A DNA stretch of 64,000 nt from Escherichia coli. GTDB taxonomy: Bacteria; Pseudomonadota; Gammaproteobacteria; Enterobacterales; Enterobacteriaceae. Of the stretch, positions 22,544 to 34,216 are shown one piece after another. Where the stretch lies: NCBI RefSeq assembly GCF_024502345.1, contig NZ_JALDNN010000001.1. One strand, written 5' to 3'. The translations under genes and the position numbers were made by a program. The notes under the pieces were generated by a model, which searched no databases, was not told where the DNA came from, and saw only the letters and a list, made by a program, of their open reading frames with translations. Numbering within the stretch: position 1 is the first letter of the stretch; every line of letters begins with the position of its first letter.

Positions 22544-23263
22544 TCAGCGGCTCATCAGCACTTCAGCAATATGCATCACTTTGACCGGCTGGCCTTCCCG
22601 TTGCAGTCGACCGCCAATGTTCAGCAGGCAGCTAACGTCTGCGCCAATCAAAAATTCCGGCTTTGCGTCCATCAGATGTAATACTTTCTCTTTCACCATC
22701 TCACCGGATATCTCGGCCATCTTGACCGAGAACGTCCCGCCAAAGCCGCAACAGGTATCCTGATCGGCAAACGTCAACAGCTCCAGTCCGCGCACGTTTT
22801 TCAGCAGCGTAAGCGGCTCTTCCTTCACTCCCAGTTTGCGGGTCAGGCTACAGGAAGGATGATACACAGCGCGGCCCTGCAGGCTGGCACCAACGTCCAC
22901 CACACCCAGTTTGTTGACGATAAAGGAGGTGAGATCCTGCATACGCGCGGAAACTTTCTCAGCACGCAGCGCCCATTCCGGTTCATCGGCCAGATACGTC
23001 GGGTAGCTTTTAACCGCGTAGGTGCAGGAGCCCGCCGGGGAGATAATCGGATCGTCGTTGTCTTCCAGCGCGGCGATCAGGTTTTTCATCCCGGGGATCG
23101 CCTCTTTGATGTAACCGCTGTTGATGGCTGGCTGACCGCAACACCCTTGCTTCTCGGGGAAATTAACGCGACAACCCAGTTTTTCCAGCAGCAATACGGA
23201 GTCTCGTGCCATCCGTGATTTCAGTGCGTCACCAATACAGGTGACAAAGAAATTTACATTCAC
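22544..23263 (-). CDS. ykgE: Fe-S oxidoreductase LutA-like (YkgE)
   Basis: 239 aa, Cys-rich (CCG-domain type); first gene of the operon. Confidence 0.85.
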   Translation of the reverse strand: MNVNFFVTCIGDALKSRMARDSVLLLEKLGCRVNFPEKQGCCGQPAINSGYIKEAIPGMKNLIAALEDNDDPIISPAGSCTYAVKSYPTYLADEPEWALRAEKVSARMQDLTSFIVNKLGVVDVGASLQGRAVYHPSCSLTRKLGVKEEPLTLLKNVRGLELLTFADQDTCCGFGGTFSVKMAEISGEMVKEKVLHLMDAKPEFLIGADVSCLLNIGGRLQREGQPVKVMHIAEVLMSR

Positions 23264-23337
23264 AATAACTACTCCATTGCTTCATTTCTGTTTATTGCGC
23301 TTGATATCGCGATATCAAACAAATGTTCATTCGTATT

Positions 23338-25035
23338 TCATGCCCAGTTTTTATGTTTGCTGGTTTTACCAATACCTGGGTTCATAGTGTTGGTCGGATC
23401 ATTTTCCTGATAAAAACGTGCCAAATTTTCCGGCGCTTTATACAGATGGCCGACATTGTGTTCCGCCGGATATTGCGCTCCGCGTTGGCGCAGTAATTCC
23501 AGCATCTGTTCTTTTAACGCGTGGGCATCTACGCCTTTTTTAACGATATAATCCTGATGGAATACATGGCACATAAAATGGCCGTAATAGAGTTTATGCA
23601 CCAACTGACTGTCAATTTCCGCCGGTAAATGCTCATACCATTCGGTATCATTGCGGCGTAATGCAATATCCAGCGCGAGAATATCCTCAACCTCGTCAGA
23701 ATGAACGGCCTGATAACGAATGGCAGCACCCGCGGCGGCAAAACGATGCAGAAACGCCTTACTGCCCTCTTCCGCGGTACAGGTAAAGAACGCGCCCTCG
23801 GCCGATTTAAAATAGTCCGTTAACCATGCCTGGGCTTCGGCCACACCCTCACCGGACATTTTCAACATCAGATGGTGTTCATAGTTATCGCGCCAGGTCT
23901 TCATCCGCGCCGGGAGATGGCTCGGGAACAGATGGCTAAAAGCCTGCATCGCGCGGTCGGTAAAGTGCGGGCGAAAGATCTTCACCTTCTCAAGTATGGC
24001 CTCGGTACGCCCCTTCAGGTTGAAGAAGAACGGCATTTTGTCCGTGCCAAGTTTGTCGATCATCAGGAAGGTATCTTTGCTGTATTTCTCTGCAATATCA
24101 TAGATATCGCGGTGCATATACTCCCCAGCAACCGGCAGGTTTGTAAAATTCGCCAGGATGTGGCGGCGAATCTCAGTCAGGACATCAGTCTGATTGGTAC
24201 CGATATAAAAGACCTGCTGGTTCTTCTCGGCTTCAAAGGTATCCAGACGTACGGCAAACACCGCTAACTTGCCCGCACAGCCAGAGGATTCAAACAGGCG
24301 ATCCGGGTCAGCGTTGTAACGTGCTGGCGTGTCGGCATTGATGTCCCGCACGCGGCTAACATAGTCGTGATCGTGCGCGTGACGCCCGTCATGGTTGACG
24401 AGCACGGCTTCAATCGCATTGTTATCCAGCCGGGCAAGGATTTGCTCTGGCGTCTGACCTAGCTCAATGCCGAGGTGATTGACCAGCTGCAAGCGTCCCT
24501 GTTCATCAATACGGGCAAACAGCGACATCTCGGTATAAGCCGGGCCACGCTGGACCAGAGAACCGCCGGAGTTATTACAGATACCGCCGATAACCGACGC
24601 GCCGATGCACGAAGAGCCAATCACCGAATGCGGCTCACGGCCAAACGGCTTCAGCGCCTTTTCCAGCGAATACAGCGTGGTGCCCGGATAAGCCAGCACC
24701 TGCTTACCCTCATCCAGCACATGCAGACTGTCCAGCCGCAGCGTGCTGATAATGACGATCTCGCGGTCGTAATCATTACCATTGGGCGTCGAACCCTCAG
24801 TCAGGCCAGTGTTCGACGCCTGCATCAGGATTATTTTATCGGCCTCAACGCAGGCGCTAAGGACTTTCCAGAGTTCAAGCAAAGAGCCGGGGATAACCAC
24901 CGCCAGAGCATCACCCTGACCCGAGCGAAAACCCTTACGGTAACGCGCAGTTTTTGACGGTTCGGTGAGGATATGAGCAGGGCCAACCAATTGGGTAAGA
25001 GTTGTCAAAAAGGTCTTATTATCAGTATGTTTCAT
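23338..25035 (-). CDS. dld: FAD-dependent D-lactate dehydrogenase
   Basis: Start placed at MKHTDNKTFL...; long stretches match recalled E. coli Dld (ARYRKGFRSGQGDALAV, GGICNNSGGSLVQRGPAYTE). Confidence 0.85.
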   Translation of the reverse strand: MKHTDNKTFLTTLTQLVGPAHILTEPSKTARYRKGFRSGQGDALAVVIPGSLLELWKVLSACVEADKIILMQASNTGLTEGSTPNGNDYDREIVIISTLRLDSLHVLDEGKQVLAYPGTTLYSLEKALKPFGREPHSVIGSSCIGASVIGGICNNSGGSLVQRGPAYTEMSLFARIDEQGRLQLVNHLGIELGQTPEQILARLDNNAIEAVLVNHDGRHAHDHDYVSRVRDINADTPARYNADPDRLFESSGCAGKLAVFAVRLDTFEAEKNQQVFYIGTNQTDVLTEIRRHILANFTNLPVAGEYMHRDIYDIAEKYSKDTFLMIDKLGTDKMPFFFNLKGRTEAILEKVKIFRPHFTDRAMQAFSHLFPSHLPARMKTWRDNYEHHLMLKMSGEGVAEAQAWLTDYFKSAEGAFFTCTAEEGSKAFLHRFAAAGAAIRYQAVHSDEVEDILALDIALRRNDTEWYEHLPAEIDSQLVHKLYYGHFMCHVFHQDYIVKKGVDAHALKEQMLELLRQRGAQYPAEHNVGHLYKAPENLARFYQENDPTNTMNPGIGKTSKHKNWA

Positions 25036-25470
25036 GGAGGGCGGCTCTCCGCTCCTTATATCAGGGCCAGTGAAAATGGCCATAAGTTCATTTGTACGAC
25101 AAAACAGAATATTCCCTCAATCAATATCCACATGCAATACCCCATTTTATTTCTTTCGGCACCGCTCACATTTTTTAATGAAATTACCACTACCACATAA
25201 TTCATACTCCGTTCTTTTACTGGATGCCAAAACGCTTATTTCATTTATTGCAAAGACCATTTCATACCTATTAATGATTAACTCTAATGGGTATTATTAT
25301 ATTTAGTGGTTATTCATGTTTAATAAAAAAATAACATTATTTATACAATTATTAACCTTTGTAACTTTATTTCACTGAAGCGATTCAGTTTGCATTTTTT
25401 ATTTTATTATTAAGGTAGCCTCCTTCCCCCTAAATATAGTTAAGTCTAAAAAAGTAAATCGGGAATTGTA

Positions 25471-27024
25471 ATGCACGAATATTTAATGTTTGCTCTGGCA
25501 CTCTCTCCTTTGCTGCTGATGGTATTTTTAATACTGAAATTAAAAATGCCCATCCATTATTCCGTACTGATCTCTTTGGTATTCACTGCTGCACTATCGG
25601 CAATATTCTGGGAAATGCCCACACAGAATCTGAAAGCCGCGATAGGCTATGGTGCACTGAAGGGACTATGGCCGATCGTAATTGTTATCCTCGGCGCTAT
25701 CTTCAGTTATAACGTCATGCAGGCGACCAAAGCGCTGGATATTCTGCGCGATATTCTCGCCAGCATTAGCGAAGATAAGCGTATTCAGGTGCTGCTGATT
25801 TCATGGTGTTTTGGTGGATTTCTTGAAGCCGCTGCGGGCTATGGCACGGCGGTCGCTATTCCGATCGGTATTCTCATTGCGCTGGGATTCAACCCGTTGA
25901 AGGCGGCGATTGCTTCCCTCGTAGCAAATACCGTTCCGACCGCATTTGGCGCGGTTGGGATCCCGGTTTCTATTCTGGCAGAGCAGGTTAATCTGCCGGT
26001 TTATACCTTAGGCGGAACCATTATTTTGCAGCTCGCGCTGTTTAATATCCTGCTGCCGTTTGTGATTGTCTGCATTATTGGCGGTGGCCTGAAAGCCATT
26101 CGCGGCGTATTTCTGATCACGTTGATTTGCGGCATTTCCACGCTGGTTCCGCAATATTTTGTCGCCATCCATCTTGGCGCGGAATTACCCGCCTTTGCCG
26201 GTAGCCTGGTCAGCCTGTTTGCCGTGGCGATGGTCAGTCGCCTGCGCAAAGGGAAAACCGATCCCGAGTGGCGCATTGAGGTCAGCCATACCCGCGAAAC
26301 CACGCCGCGCTCGGCAAAAGTGTTGTTCCGGGTTGGCTCTATTTATCTGTTTATTTTTGTGTTTATCCTGCTGTGTTCGCCGCTGTTCCCGACAATAAAA
26401 GGCGCGGCATCCCAACTGGCTTCGGTGCTGCATTTCCCGTTGGCTGACGGCAAAACGATGGCGCTGAAAGTTGAATGGGCGACCACACCGGGGATGCTGA
26501 TCATCTTTGCGACCATTATCGGCGGTTTTATTCAGGGAGCGTCCGCACGTGGGATGCTGGAAGTATTTATCAAAACGATTTTCCAGCTTAAAAACTCTAT
26601 CGTCGCAATTATGGCGATCGTCGCGCTGGCCACGGTGATGGATCTCAGCGGGATTATCTCCACGCTGGCCCAGTCGATTGTCGATCTGACCGGCAGCTCG
26701 TACGTCTTCCTCGCCCCGGTGATTGGCGCGCTGGGCACGTTCGTGACCGGCAGCGATACCAACTCGAACATTCTGTTCGGCAAGCTGCAAACCATTGCCG
26801 CCAGCAAGTTACATATCGATCCTAACTGGCTGGCGGCGGCCAATACCTCTGGCGCTACGGGGGGGAAAATGATTTCGCCGCAAAGCATCGCCATCGCAGT
26901 TTCTGCCACCAAAATGGACGGTCAGGCCAACCAGATTATGTCTGGCACCATGAAATACTGCTGCGCCTACATTGTGATCCTCGGCCTGAAAGTCGGTCTG
27001 TTTTATTACTGGTTTATGGCGTAA
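25471..27024 (+). CDS. lactate permease (LctP family)
   Basis: 517 aa, highly hydrophobic, multi-TM; divergent from dld across an AT-rich promoter region. Confidence 0.8.
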   Translation: MHEYLMFALALSPLLLMVFLILKLKMPIHYSVLISLVFTAALSAIFWEMPTQNLKAAIGYGALKGLWPIVIVILGAIFSYNVMQATKALDILRDILASISEDKRIQVLLISWCFGGFLEAAAGYGTAVAIPIGILIALGFNPLKAAIASLVANTVPTAFGAVGIPVSILAEQVNLPVYTLGGTIILQLALFNILLPFVIVCIIGGGLKAIRGVFLITLICGISTLVPQYFVAIHLGAELPAFAGSLVSLFAVAMVSRLRKGKTDPEWRIEVSHTRETTPRSAKVLFRVGSIYLFIFVFILLCSPLFPTIKGAASQLASVLHFPLADGKTMALKVEWATTPGMLIIFATIIGGFIQGASARGMLEVFIKTIFQLKNSIVAIMAIVALATVMDLSGIISTLAQSIVDLTGSSYVFLAPVIGALGTFVTGSDTNSNILFGKLQTIAASKLHIDPNWLAAANTSGATGGKMISPQSIAIAVSATKMDGQANQIMSGTMKYCCAYIVILGLKVGLFYYWFMA

Positions 27025-27281
27025 ACCATTGTCAACCCCGTCAAATTCGCGGCAATCGAATTTGACGACATAGTGACCAAAAAGGTTTGCACCGCCCCGG
27101 GAACGGAACGAGGCAACAGACTTTACGATTTGTCGGCGCTGACTAAAATAGCGCCGATGTTTCAAATCGAGGATTGTTGTTATGTTGTTCTGGAAAAAGA
27201 TGGTGAAGAAGTTCGACGCCTTTTCCGGTGATGCTGCCAACTTACTGATTTAGTGTATGATGGTGTTTTTGAGGTGCTCCA

Positions 27282-27557
27282 GTGGCTTCTGTTTCTATCA
27301 GCTGTCCCTCCTGTTCAGCTACTGACGGGGTGGTGCGTAACGGCAAAAGCACCGCCGGACATCAGCGCTATCTCTGCTCTCACTGCCGTAAAACATGGCA
27401 ACTGCAGTTCACTTACACCGCTTCTCAACCCGGTACGCACCAGAAAATCATTGATATGGCCATGAATGGCGTTGGATGCCGGGCAACCGCCCGCATTATG
27501 GGCGTTGGCCTCAACACGATTTTCCGCCATTTAAAAAACTCAGGCCGCAGTCGGTAA
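27282..27557 (+). CDS. insA: IS1 InsA
   Basis: 91 aa, [39 protein letters not shown]... Confidence 0.9.
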   Translation: MASVSISCPSCSATDGVVRNGKSTAGHQRYLCSHCRKTWQLQFTYTASQPGTHQKIIDMAMNGVGCRATARIMGVGLNTIFRHLKNSGRSR

Positions 27558-27979
27558 CCTCGCGCATACAGCCGGGCAGTGACGTCATCGTCTGCGCGGA
27601 AATGGACGAACAGTGGGGATACGTCGGGGCTAAATCGCGCCAGCGCTGGCTGTTTTACGCGTATGACAGGCTCCGGAAGACGGTTGTTGCGCACGTATTC
27701 GGTGAACGCACTATGGCGACGCTGGGGCGTCTTATGAGCCTGCTGTCACCCTTTGACGTGGTGATATGGATGACGGATGGCTGGCCGCTGTATGAATCCC
27801 GCCTGAAGGGAAAGCTGCACGTAATCAGCAAGCGATATACGCAGCGAATTGAGCGGCATAACCTGAATCTGAGGCAGCACCTGGCACGGCTGGGACGGAA
27901 GTCGCTGTCGTTCTCAAAATCGGTGGAGCTGCATGACAAAGTCATCGGGCATTATCTGAACATAAAACACTATCAATAA
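27476..27979 (+). CDS. insB: IS1 InsB (expressed as InsAB' fusion by -1 frameshift)
   Basis: 167-aa ORF overlapping the insA 3' end in the -1 frame. Confidence 0.85.
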   Translation: MPGNRPHYGRWPQHDFPPFKKLRPQSVTSRIQPGSDVIVCAEMDEQWGYVGAKSRQRWLFYAYDRLRKTVVAHVFGERTMATLGRLMSLLSPFDVVIWMTDGWPLYESRLKGKLHVISKRYTQRIERHNLNLRQHLARLGRKSLSFSKSVELHDKVIGHYLNIKHYQ

Positions 27980-28253
27980 GTTGGAGTCATTACCGACCGG
28001 GTTAAACCGGAAATGCGACACCTCGGAAGTGTCTCCTGAAAACCTTTCATCAGTACGCTCATCATGCTGTTCATAGAGTAGTCCAAATACAGTACCGTAC
28101 AGTACGGTACGTTTTATATCTTGACTTCTGAGCGCCGTCAAATGAAAATGTACTCGTCAGTACGATTACGAACCCTACTATCTGACGTGATTCCGAAATC
28201 TGAGAACAAAAAGTGTTGGCCCCGGCCAGACACCTAAACTAACGAGGAAACAT

Positions 28254-28898
28254 ATGGATAAAAGAGCGCTTAAACGGCAACAGATCCTGGAGGTCGCATC
28301 CGGACTGTTTCGACAAAAGGGATTTGATGCCACGTCTATCTCAGAAATTAACGCGATTGTTGGTGGCTCAAAATCGACAATTTACAGTCACTTTTCTTCG
28401 AAAGAAGAGCTATTTGTAGAATGCATGTCTTCAGAAACTGAACAGTATATAAAAAGCATGACTATTGAAACTGCGGGGCAGGTGCGCCTTTTCAGAAAAT
28501 CACCACAGCTGGTCATCGAGCAATTTGCCGTTGCCTTTTTACGCTATATTTGCTCTCCGGATATTGTGGATTTGCAAAGATTAATGATTTCCGAGGCCGG
28601 AAGATCGGGTATCGGAGAATTATATTATGCGCGAATGCAAAAACTGCGTTCAAATGTTTCGGCGCTTTTTACCGATTTAATGAATCAAAATATTTTAAGA
28701 AAAGATGATCCTGTGTTGGCGGCTGAGTATTTTCGTTCTCTTCTCCAGGCCGACATACTGGAACCCTTGCTTTTAAAAGCAAGAAAGGATCAGCCTGACG
28801 AAAGTGAAATCGTCATGAAAGCGCAGGCCTCCGTTAATGCGTTTATGAAACTGTATGGTCCTGAAAAAATTGAGGATGTAGCAAAGACATCTTTCTAA
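28254..28898 (+). CDS. TetR/AcrR-family transcriptional regulator
   Basis: 214 aa; N-terminal TetR HTH (ILEVASGLFRQKGFDATSISEINAIVGGSKSTIYSHFSSKEELF). Confidence 0.75.
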   Translation: MDKRALKRQQILEVASGLFRQKGFDATSISEINAIVGGSKSTIYSHFSSKEELFVECMSSETEQYIKSMTIETAGQVRLFRKSPQLVIEQFAVAFLRYICSPDIVDLQRLMISEAGRSGIGELYYARMQKLRSNVSALFTDLMNQNILRKDDPVLAAEYFRSLLQADILEPLLLKARKDQPDESEIVMKAQASVNAFMKLYGPEKIEDVAKTSF

Positions 28899-28964
28899 AA
28901 TACAGTAAGCGTTCTTTCACCCTATTATTAGGGTGATTTTTCTTTTAGGAATATTTATTTTCAA

Positions 28965-29426
28965 TTGTCATTGGATGACTTTGCCAACGGCCTTCTTGTA
29001 AATAAAATTTCGTGGATACTTATGTGTATAAAGTTTACTCTCTTAAAAGATCGTGAAGCTGTAATTAAGTCTCTTACTCACTGGATTGACTCGAATTTAT
29101 ACCGGCCCATTACCGTTTTAGATGTGGCGCGGAAATCCGGTTATTCATTGGCTTACATTCAGCGTAACTTTCGCCAGGAGTGTGGCATAAGTATAGGTCT
29201 CTATATCCGAAGCCGGAAACTCGAAAAAGCCGCGCATATGCTCAGACATACGCAGCTCTCTGTTTCAGATATATTCACGATGTTAGGGTACGAGGAGCCG
29301 TCAACGTTCAGCAGAGCGTTCTCGAATCAATATGGGCTCTCCCCAACCAAATACCGCGAGCTGGCTAAAAAAAGTCACTACATGAATGGATTGTCGATGT
29401 TGATTACTGAGGTAACGCGCGAATAA
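28965..29426 (+). CDS. AraC-family (MarA/SoxS-like) small transcriptional regulator
   Basis: Two HTH units ending ...STFSRAFSNQYGLSPTKYRE; precise start uncertain. Confidence 0.6.
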   Translation: MSLDDFANGLLVNKISWILMCIKFTLLKDREAVIKSLTHWIDSNLYRPITVLDVARKSGYSLAYIQRNFRQECGISIGLYIRSRKLEKAAHMLRHTQLSVSDIFTMLGYEEPSTFSRAFSNQYGLSPTKYRELAKKSHYMNGLSMLITEVTRE

Positions 29427-29438
29427 AGCGATAATCCG

Positions 29439-31223
29439 CTAACCCGCCTCCAGCATCCCAAAGCTCACAATCCGCGCGCGGCCCAGCTCTTTCGCCCGGT
29501 ACAAGGCCACATCCGCGGCGCGCAGCAGGTTGTCAGTCTGGGCATGTTGCGGGTAGCTGGCAATGCCAATCGACACGTCCACCGGCCCAATCTCGGTCAG
29601 CCCGTAGCGAATCGACAGCTCATGTACGCCGGTGTAAATCGTCTGCACGCAGGCGTGCGCCTCTGGTTCATCGGCACCGGGAAGCAGCACCAGAAACTCC
29701 TCGCCCCCGTAGCGGAATGCGAGTCCGTTGTCATGGGCAGCCCGCTGGACAATTGACGCCACGCTTTTAATCACCTGATCGCCCGCTTCATGGCCGAATC
29801 GGTCGTTGATGCTCTTGAAGTGATCGATGTCGATCATCATGCAGCTTAACGGCTCGCCGGTGCGCAACGCCTGTGCCGTTTGGGTTTGCAGGGTATCTTC
29901 CAGATGATGACGATTACGCAGGCCGGTGAGCGGGTCGAACAAGGCTTTTTCCAGCAACGCGTCGCGCAGACGCTGGTTGGCCAGCGCCAGACCGAGCGCT
30001 TCGGCCATCAGTTCCAGATAGGCGCGGGATGGGGCGTTGTCCGCCGTAATATTCTGGAAGGAGAGCAGGCCAATGGCCTCGCCCTGGGCGATAAGCGGCA
30101 CGCACAGCGAACTATCCGCCTGGGGGGCCGGAAGATGATAGCAGGCGATATCCGGCTCACCGTTTACCGGCGGGTGGCTCTGCCCGCGACGCACGGCCCA
30201 GCACTCGTCAGGGTGGAAGCTCGTCTCTTCCCCAACCGGTGAAAGCCATTGCGCGACGCAGCGCATCTGCCACGGCTCCCGGTCAAGGACGTAAAGTCGG
30301 CCCGCGATCCCCGGTGCGATATTAGGCGCAAACAGCTCCGCCACGTTAATCACATCGTTAAAGTTCTCACACCCCTGCAGCCGCTGGGTCATGCGCGCCA
30401 GCAGTTCGCGGATGGCCCAGTCGGCATCGCGTTCTCTTTCCAGACGCTGTCGCGCCAGGCCGTTTTCGCGGAAGATGCGGATGGCCTGGGCCATATCGCC
30501 AATCTCATCAATCTGGTTGAAATTGGGCGTTTCAACCGCGTAATCCTGGGACGCCAGACGGTGCACCACGTCGCTCAGGCGCACCACGGGACGCAGCACG
30601 CGGCGCTTTAATATAAAGCCGAGAACAAACAGGAACAGCAGGGCGGTCAGGCCGACCATCAGCTCAGAGGCCGTACGCAGCGCTTTCGATTTTTTTGTCG
30701 CATCCTGAACGGAGGCGATGACGCGTTTGTCGAGTATCTGGCGGAAGTGATCGAGCTGGCTCTGCGCGCGCTCCAGCTCCTGCTCATAGGGCGCACCGTA
30801 GAGCAGCGCAACGGCCTGCGCGTCTTCTCCCTGCGTCGCGCTCGTTAGTGCCGTTTGCTGCTCGTCCTGTAGCTCATCGACGATCTTTATCCCTTCATGC
30901 AGCAGGGCCAGTTCTTCATCCGATGCGCCGTTATCCTGCAACTTTTCCAGCCGAAGCTCGATGCTCTTCAGGCTGTTTTCCGCCTGGTTATATTCCTTGA
31001 GAACCTGAGGATCTTTTTTAATGACGTACAGTCGTGCTAAATCAGACTGGGCCCAGATATCGGTTTCGATATCTTCCGTGAGCTGATCAAATTTCTGCCG
31101 TTGTTCAACGGCCTGACGCTCGAGGGTATCAGCACTGGACGCCATCAGCATGATGATGCCGGAGGCGATGGTCAGGCAGACCGTGGCCCCATAGGCCCAG
31201 TTTGTTATCGTTGCGATTCGCAC
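29439..31223 (-). CDS. membrane sensor diguanylate cyclase (GGDEF domain)
   Basis: 594 aa; N-terminal TM segment, HAMP and GAF-like regions, C-terminal GGDEF domain with RYGGEEF active-site motif. Confidence 0.8.
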   Translation of the reverse strand: MRIATITNWAYGATVCLTIASGIIMLMASSADTLERQAVEQRQKFDQLTEDIETDIWAQSDLARLYVIKKDPQVLKEYNQAENSLKSIELRLEKLQDNGASDEELALLHEGIKIVDELQDEQQTALTSATQGEDAQAVALLYGAPYEQELERAQSQLDHFRQILDKRVIASVQDATKKSKALRTASELMVGLTALLFLFVLGFILKRRVLRPVVRLSDVVHRLASQDYAVETPNFNQIDEIGDMAQAIRIFRENGLARQRLERERDADWAIRELLARMTQRLQGCENFNDVINVAELFAPNIAPGIAGRLYVLDREPWQMRCVAQWLSPVGEETSFHPDECWAVRRGQSHPPVNGEPDIACYHLPAPQADSSLCVPLIAQGEAIGLLSFQNITADNAPSRAYLELMAEALGLALANQRLRDALLEKALFDPLTGLRNRHHLEDTLQTQTAQALRTGEPLSCMMIDIDHFKSINDRFGHEAGDQVIKSVASIVQRAAHDNGLAFRYGGEEFLVLLPGADEPEAHACVQTIYTGVHELSIRYGLTEIGPVDVSIGIASYPQHAQTDNLLRAADVALYRAKELGRARIVSFGMLEAG

Positions 31224-31296
31224 CTGATGATCCTTTTACGACATGAGTAGGATGGCGTTCTTCAAATTATAGAAAACGTCTGATTTAAGGCGAAAA

Positions 31297-31322
31297 AAAA
31301 GGCGGCACATCGCCGCCTGGTG
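31297..31322 (-). terminator. putative rho-independent terminator downstream of the AI-2E transporter gene
   Basis: GC stem AGGCGGC...GCCGCCT followed by a T-run on the minus strand. Confidence 0.4.
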
Positions 31323-31342
31323 TGGTCTATATCGTCACATCC

Positions 31343-32452
31343 TCACAATTCTGGAGGATTTTTTCCTTCTTCGATGAAGTCGGGGTCCAGCTCTTCGGCG
31401 TTACCTTCGTGATCGCGCCCTGAGAAGAGGTTCCAGCAGGCGATAAACAGCGCGGCAATGAGCGGCCCAATCACAAAGCCGTTAATGCCGTACAGCTCCA
31501 TGCCGCCGAGGGTGGAGATCAGTATCAGGTAGTCCGGCATTTTGGTGTCTTTCCCGACCAGCAGCGGGCGCAGGATATTGTCCACCAGCCCGACGATAAT
31601 CACGAAGAAGCCGACAATAAACAGCCCTTGCCAAAGCTGATGGGTGGCGAACAGGAAGATGGCGGCGGGCACCCAGACAATCGCCGAGCCGATGGCGGGC
31701 ACCAGCGAGAGGAAGGCCATCAGCGCGCCCCAGAGCACGCTGCCGTCAATACCGGCAATCGCAAACGCAATCCCGCCGAGGATGCCCTGAACCACCGCCA
31801 CCGCCGCCGTACCTTTTACCGTGGCGCGCGACACGCCGACGAATTTGGCGAACAGGTGTTGCTTGGCGAAATCAGACAGCGGCAGGGAGTCGAGGATCTG
31901 GCGCACCAGATACGGGCCGTCTTTCAGCAGGAAGAACAGCAGATAAAGCATGATGCCGAAGCTTATCGCAAAGCCAAACGTGCCCTTGCCAATCAGAAAC
32001 GCGCTGCCGGCGAGATACTGCCCGCCCTGCAGGGCGACATCAGAGAGTTTTTTCTGGATCTGCGCGGCGTTGGTCAGGTTGTGATCCGCCAGGAAGCCGC
32101 TGGCCCAGTCAGGCAGATGGTTGAAGATGCTTGCCACCACTTCCGGGAACTGGGTGTTGTTCTCCTGAAGCTTCGTATAAACCACGTTCAGCTCAATGGC
32201 GAGCGAGGAGAGGATCACCATCAGCGGGATAAAGACGATCAGGCAGATAATACCGATGGTCAACAGCGAGGCAAGCCCGTTGCGATCCCCCAGCGCGGTG
32301 CGCAGCCTGTTTTTTACCGGGTTGAAGATGACGGTCAGAATGGCGGCCCACAGTATTGCGGAGAAGTAGGGCGACAGCACGTCGAAGAAGGCCCAGGTCA
32401 CAAGGGCAAGAATAAAGATAAAGAAACCTTTGGTCAGTCCGTTAAAGCGCAT
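31343..32452 (-). CDS. AI-2E family transporter (PerM/YdiK-like)
   Basis: 369 aa multi-TM protein with acidic C-terminal tail. Confidence 0.7.
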   Translation of the reverse strand: MRFNGLTKGFFIFILALVTWAFFDVLSPYFSAILWAAILTVIFNPVKNRLRTALGDRNGLASLLTIGIICLIVFIPLMVILSSLAIELNVVYTKLQENNTQFPEVVASIFNHLPDWASGFLADHNLTNAAQIQKKLSDVALQGGQYLAGSAFLIGKGTFGFAISFGIMLYLLFFLLKDGPYLVRQILDSLPLSDFAKQHLFAKFVGVSRATVKGTAAVAVVQGILGGIAFAIAGIDGSVLWGALMAFLSLVPAIGSAIVWVPAAIFLFATHQLWQGLFIVGFFVIIVGLVDNILRPLLVGKDTKMPDYLILISTLGGMELYGINGFVIGPLIAALFIACWNLFSGRDHEGNAEELDPDFIEEGKNPPEL

Positions 32453-32815
32453 CAGTCAGTCCTGGTTACTAAGAAACTGTGTCGACTATAGAACTGATTG
32501 TGAGAATTACCAACCTTGCGCCGGGTAGCGGCTGCGCCTTAACCGTCCTGCGGGCAGTGTTGCGGTATGAATCCGCTCTTCGCGGATACCACTTTCGACT
32601 GACCGAAGATCGCCTTTTCCCGCACCATGCTGTAAGTATCTGCTTGCGGAGGTGCTTATGGCCTGGCGTCCGATTCTCTATGTGATCCTCACGACCCACC
32701 CCAGACTCAGCGCGAGGCGTGCCCGTTTGCGTCTGGTCATCTAGCTTTTTATTAACAATCGCGGTATAACACACCTTCTTTGGATGTTTAGATGTCCATA
32801 CGTATAGAAGGTAAT

Positions 32816-34216
32816 ATGCAAACACAACAAGAAAATGGGCAGCTTAAGCGCACCATGAAAACACGCCACCTGATTATGCTCTCGCTGGGTGGCGTGATTG
32901 GGACAGGGTTATTCTTCAATACCGGATACATCATTTCAACCACCGGGGCGGCGGGCACGCTGCTGGCGTACCTGATAGGCGCGCTGGTGGTCTGGCTGGT
33001 GATGCAGTGTCTGGGCGAGCTTTCCGTGGCGATGCCGGAAACCGGCGCGTTCCACGTCTATGCCGCCCGCTATCTTGGCCCGGCGACGGGCTACACCGTG
33101 GCGTGGCTCTACTGGCTCACCTGGACGGTGGCGCTCGGCTCCAGCTTTACCGCCGCCGGGTTCTGCATGCAGTACTGGTTCCCCCAGGTGCCGGTCTGGG
33201 CCTGGTGCGTGGTCTTCTGCGTGGTGATTTTTGGCCTGAACGTCATCTCTACGCGCTTCTTTGCGGAAGGCGAATTCTGGTTCTCTCTGGTCAAAGTCAT
33301 CACCATTATCGCCTTTATTATTCTTGGCGGCGCGGCGGTCTTTGGCTTTATCCCTATGCAGGACGGTTCACCCGCGCCGGGCTTAAGCAACATCACCGCC
33401 GAGGGCTGGTTCCCGCACGGCGGCCTGCCGATCCTGATGACCATGGTGGCGGTGAACTTTGCCTTCTCCGGGACGGAGCTCATCGGCATCGCGGCGGGGG
33501 AAACGGAAAATCCGCACAAGGTGATTCCGGTTGCGATCCGCACCACCATTGCGCGCCTGATTATCTTCTTTATCGGCACCGTGTTTGTGCTGGCGGCGCT
33601 GATCCCGATGCAGCAGGCGGGCGTGGAAAAGAGCCCGTTCGTGCTGGTGTTTGAAAAGGTCGGTATTCCTTACGCGGCGGATATTTTTAACTTTGTGATC
33701 CTGACGGCGATCCTCTCGGCGGCGAACTCGGGCCTGTACGCTTCCGGGCGCATGCTGTGGTCGCTATCGAATGAGAAAACGCTGCCGCGCTGCTTTGCCC
33801 GCGTGAACAAAAACGGCGTGCCGCTGACGGCGCTCTCGGTCTCTATGCTCGGCGGCGTGCTGGCGCTGTTCTCAAGCGTCGTGGCCCCGGACACGGTGTT
33901 TGTCGCGCTCTCGGCGATTTCTGGCTTTGCGGTGGTGGCGGTGTGGATCAGCATCTGCGCGTCGCACTTCGTTTTCCGCCGCCGTCATCTGCAGTCCGGG
34001 CAGCCGCTCTCTGCGCTGCAGTACCGCGCGCCGTGGTATCCGCTGGTGCCGGTGCTTGGTTTTATCCTCTGCGTGGTGGCCTGTGTCGGCCTGTGGTTTG
34101 ACCCGAGCCAGCGCATTGCCCTTTATTGCGGGCTTCCGTTTGTCGCCCTGTGTTATGGTGCGTACTACCTGACCCGAAATATGACATCGCAGGAGCCTGA
34201 ACATGTCGCAGAATAA
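32816..34216 (+). CDS. mmuP: S-methylmethionine permease (APC family)
   Basis: Start placed at [34 protein letters not shown] with AGAAGG SD; followed by and overlapping mmuM. Confidence 0.8.
   Translation: MQTQQENGQLKRTMKTRHLIMLSLGGVIGTGLFFNTGYIISTTGAAGTLLAYLIGALVVWLVMQCLGELSVAMPETGAFHVYAARYLGPATGYTVAWLYWLTWTVALGSSFTAAGFCMQYWFPQVPVWAWCVVFCVVIFGLNVISTRFFAEGEFWFSLVKVITIIAFIILGGAAVFGFIPMQDGSPAPGLSNITAEGWFPHGGLPILMTMVAVNFAFSGTELIGIAAGETENPHKVIPVAIRTTIARLIIFFIGTVFVLAALIPMQQAGVEKSPFVLVFEKVGIPYAADIFNFVILTAILSAANSGLYASGRMLWSLSNEKTLPRCFARVNKNGVPLTALSVSMLGGVLALFSSVVAPDTVFVALSAISGFAVVAVWISICASHFVFRRRHLQSGQPLSALQYRAPWYPLVPVLGFILCVVACVGLWFDPSQRIALYCGLPFVALCYGAYYLTRNMTSQEPEHVAE

Larger units (their letters stand above)
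27227..27994 (+). mobile_element. IS1 (768 bp, complete)
   Basis: Starts GGTGATGCTGCCAACTTACTGAT, ends ...AAGTTGGAGTCATTACC; flanking 9-mers differ (no target-site duplication). Confidence 0.9.
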